From a virus, in IMG/VR virus record IMGVR_UViG_3300046533_000687, positions 1-64,000 of that record: 64,000 nucleotides of DNA. One strand, written 5' to 3'. Numbering within the stretch: position 1 is the first letter of the stretch; each line of letters starts with the position of its first letter. The notes beneath the pieces were generated by a model, which saw nothing but the letters and a program-made list of their open reading frames with translations, was not told the origin of the DNA and ran no database searches. Both the position numbers and the translations under genes were made by a program. Below are positions 61,868 to 64,000 of this stretch, in pieces.

Positions 61868-62712
61868 TATTTTCCCTCCGGAAACTTTCCCAACTTCGCC
61901 TCTCCCGCCAGCCGCTTCACGTCGTCCGGAAAATCGCTCTTCAGCAGCCAATCCCAGTAGTCGTTCGGAATATCACGCATCGCTTTGCCGCGATACTTGC
62001 CAAATGTCACGCACGGCACGCCGTCGATAAACATGAACTTACCATCCGAATCGATCGTATCTCCCCACTGCGCCTTGTGCAGCGTCTCGACGTCCCTTGG
62101 CAGTGTCGTATGCACCTCCAGCTGCTTCGCGATGACCGCGGCCGCTGCCCGCACGTCGGACAACGCGCCGTGCGCGCCGTCGTGCTTCAGGCCGACATAC
62201 TTCTCATGCAGGTGTGACAAGGAGCGCGGCACGGCCAGGCGCTCCAGCTGCCCGCTGTCGACGATCCGTGCTCCGGCGTAGGACCATGGAACACCTGCAC
62301 GGCGAAACTCGGCGGACAAGATGCGAAGATCGAATCTAACATTTTGGCCTGCTGCATCAAAGTCGGTGAAGCCTTTTGCGAGATTCGCGGCGAGCTGCTT
62401 GAAGGTTGGAACGGGCTTAAACACATGCCCCTCGTGTCCCGTGATCTCACGATCCGACAAGCCGCACTCGCGACAGAGTTTCATCGAGTCGTCTGTGATG
62501 CCGTGAATCTTCCTCGCCCCCTCCGGAATCGGCACACCCGGATTAACCAGCGAGCACCACTCCTTCGTCATGCGAGCTGTTCGTTTTCCTGTCAGGTCGT
62601 CAGGCTCCCACACCTGAAATGCGATCTCCACGATGCGGTCCTGGTCGACGTTGATGCCGGTCGTCTCGGTGTCGAGGACGATCAGCTTGCGGGTGAGGTG
62701 GATGGGGATCAT
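61867..62712 (-). CDS. DnaQ-like 3'-5' exonuclease with C-terminal FGKY domain
   Basis: LDTETTG, IHGITD, GQN..FD..IL, HGALSD, FGKYRG. Confidence 0.9.
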   Translation of the reverse strand: MIPIHLTRKLIVLDTETTGINVDQDRIVEIAFQVWEPDDLTGKRTARMTKEWCSLVNPGVPIPEGARKIHGITDDSMKLCRECGLSDREITGHEGHVFKPVPTFKQLAANLAKGFTDFDAAGQNVRFDLRILSAEFRRAGVPWSYAGARIVDSGQLERLAVPRSLSHLHEKYVGLKHDGAHGALSDVRAAAAVIAKQLEVHTTLPRDVETLHKAQWGDTIDSDGKFMFIDGVPCVTFGKYRGKAMRDIPNDYWDWLLKSDFPDDVKRLAGEAKLGKFPEGK

Positions 62713-62824
62713 TTGAGACCCGCCAAGATTTCAAGCGCCTTCGCCATCCGCCCAAAATAGTAGGTCAGAAAGGCGAGTTGCGTGACCGAGAACGCTATCG
62801 CAAAGACCAGCGCGTTTTCTTTTT

Positions 62825-62962
62825 TCACAAGCACCCCAACTCCTTCAATCTCCTCACGAACGCCACCGTCAGCCGGTACGCGGCATCGGGTTCGCGGTAC
62901 ACCATGGCGCAGTGCACGACAGCGAACCACGAGTCGCGGATGGTTATCTGGAAACGGGTCAT
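62825..62962 (-). CDS. small hypothetical protein
   Basis: Coupled ORF MTRFQITIRDSW... Confidence 0.35.
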   Translation of the reverse strand: MTRFQITIRDSWFAVVHCAMVYREPDAAYRLTVAFVRRLKELGCL

Positions 62963-63141
62963 GCCTTCGGCTCGTTCCTCTTCTGCCACGCCTCGACCAG
63001 GTCCATGCAACACTCGACGCGGCGCAGGATAGTATCTTTGAACTTCCCTTCAGGCATACCCGAAGCGACCTTCATGAACTCGTCACAGTAATGCTGAATC
63101 CAGCGCTGGTCGATGGGAGAACGGTCGCGTTCGGTCATCAT
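62959..63141 (-). CDS. hypothetical protein
   Basis: Coupled ORF MMTERDRSPIDQRW... Confidence 0.5.
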   Translation of the reverse strand: MMTERDRSPIDQRWIQHYCDEFMKVASGMPEGKFKDTILRRVECCMDLVEAWQKRNEPKA

Positions 63142-63288
63142 ACGCCCCACTTCGTCCCGCGAAAATAAATATAGCGGCTCAACGCAGACACGGCGTTGTA
63201 GAGCAGCACGGATCCGGAGCTGCCGCTCCCGCACAGGTAGCGCCAGCAGGCTTCCCTTGCTTCGTGCAGGGCTGGGTTCATCGGGTCG

Positions 63289-63543
63289 TCAGGCATGCTC
63301 GCACCTCTGCGTCAGCCGCTCCCACAGCGCCATCGTCAGCTTCGGCAGCCAGCGCTTCCAGCGGCTCGGACTGCCGCCGTACTTTACGACGTGTCCGCGA
63401 TGCATCTCGGGTGGATCAGGTCTCGCCAGCAGGTCGGAGAACGCCTCCCACCTCACGATGTCGACGACGCCGGCCATGCGGGGGACGGTGACGTACTCCG
63501 GCCGCTTGAACATGGCGTTAGGGTCCCAGGTGGTGAGGTTCAT
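63289..63543 (-). CDS. hypothetical protein
   Basis: 84-aa ORF. Confidence 0.45.
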   Translation of the reverse strand: MNLTTWDPNAMFKRPEYVTVPRMAGVVDIVRWEAFSDLLARPDPPEMHRGHVVKYGGSPSRWKRWLPKLTMALWERLTQRCEHA

Positions 63544-63694
63544 GGTTTCACAGCCTTTTCTACGATTGCTCGGGTCAGCTCGAGAAGCCTTTCTTGAGGA
63601 ACTGCTACGATCATCACACGTATGAAATGCGCAGCCGTCTCGTCGCTCCAGCGGATCTGCCTGAGCTGATAGTCGAGTTCATCCCAGAAGCTGC

Positions 63695-63997
63695 TCATTT
63701 CACCATCTCGTCGATCTGGTCGCTCACCATCCGCGAGATGGAGATGCCGGCCTCGTCAGCCTTCTTCTTGAGCGCATCCTTCGTCTCCTCGGAGACGTTC
63801 ACGCCGACGAACTTCGTCCTATCGCCCTTGACATACGGGCGCCAGGCGCCGGACTCTTTCAAGATCTGCAGGATGCGCTGCCGCCCGAGCTGAAACTTCC
63901 GCTCGCAGTCGGCCATCTTGCGGTGTCCATCGAGGTAGTATGCACAGATCGCCGCGTTGCGCTCTTCCATCTGCTTTGCCTTTTCTTCCGGGGTCAT
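63695..63997 (-). CDS. DNA-binding regulator (HTH + ribbon-helix-helix)
   Basis: RN..I...Y..G......F.L.RQRI.QIL HTH; V.V.VSEE.K.AL...A...G.SIS RHH. Confidence 0.65.
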   Translation of the reverse strand: MTPEEKAKQMEERNAAICAYYLDGHRKMADCERKFQLGRQRILQILKESGAWRPYVKGDRTKFVGVNVSEETKDALKKKADEAGISISRMVSDQIDEMVK

Positions 63998-64000
63998 AGT

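Noticed and set aside
1-64000. tRNA, tmRNA or rRNA genes; alternative genetic code
   Set aside because: No cloverleaf or T-loop signatures were noticed by eye, and core genes are intact under the standard bacterial code with all three stops used.

Overview
The window is most or all of a GC-rich (~60-65% by eye) tailed dsDNA phage genome of siphovirus type. The host is possibly an Acidobacteriota/Vicinamibacterales-like soil bacterium (weak inference). On the + strand (0.9-50.2 kb) it carries an HNH-uracil-DNA-glycosylase fusion, a primase-helicase, an iteron/palindrome origin, terminase, portal, a MuF head-morphogenesis protein, a DUF2213-type prohead protease, scaffold, cement and major capsid. 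These are followed by an appendage module interleaved with glycosyltransferases, methyltransferases and a radical SAM enzyme, then the tail genes and lysis genes. On the - strand (50.4-64 kb and 0-0.7 kb) it carries SSB-like, gp33-like, SNF2 helicase, DnaQ-like exonuclease and cold-shock genes, many small ORFs, and a captured fragment of a host integrative element. The most striking feature is in the head genes. Portal, MuF and prohead protease are built as polyproteins. Unrelated, lower-GC cargo domains (ADP-ribosyltransferase-like, ParB-like and unknown) each start with the same 14-aa leader, GD(V/L)xGHxFHGNQ(W/Y)T. They are bracketed by a recurring (K/R)-x-(L/A) motif that also occurs near the capsid N-terminus. 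This suggests a modular system in which cargo is packaged in the head, released by the protease and injected into the host. All product calls come from motif recognition by eye; no database searches were run.
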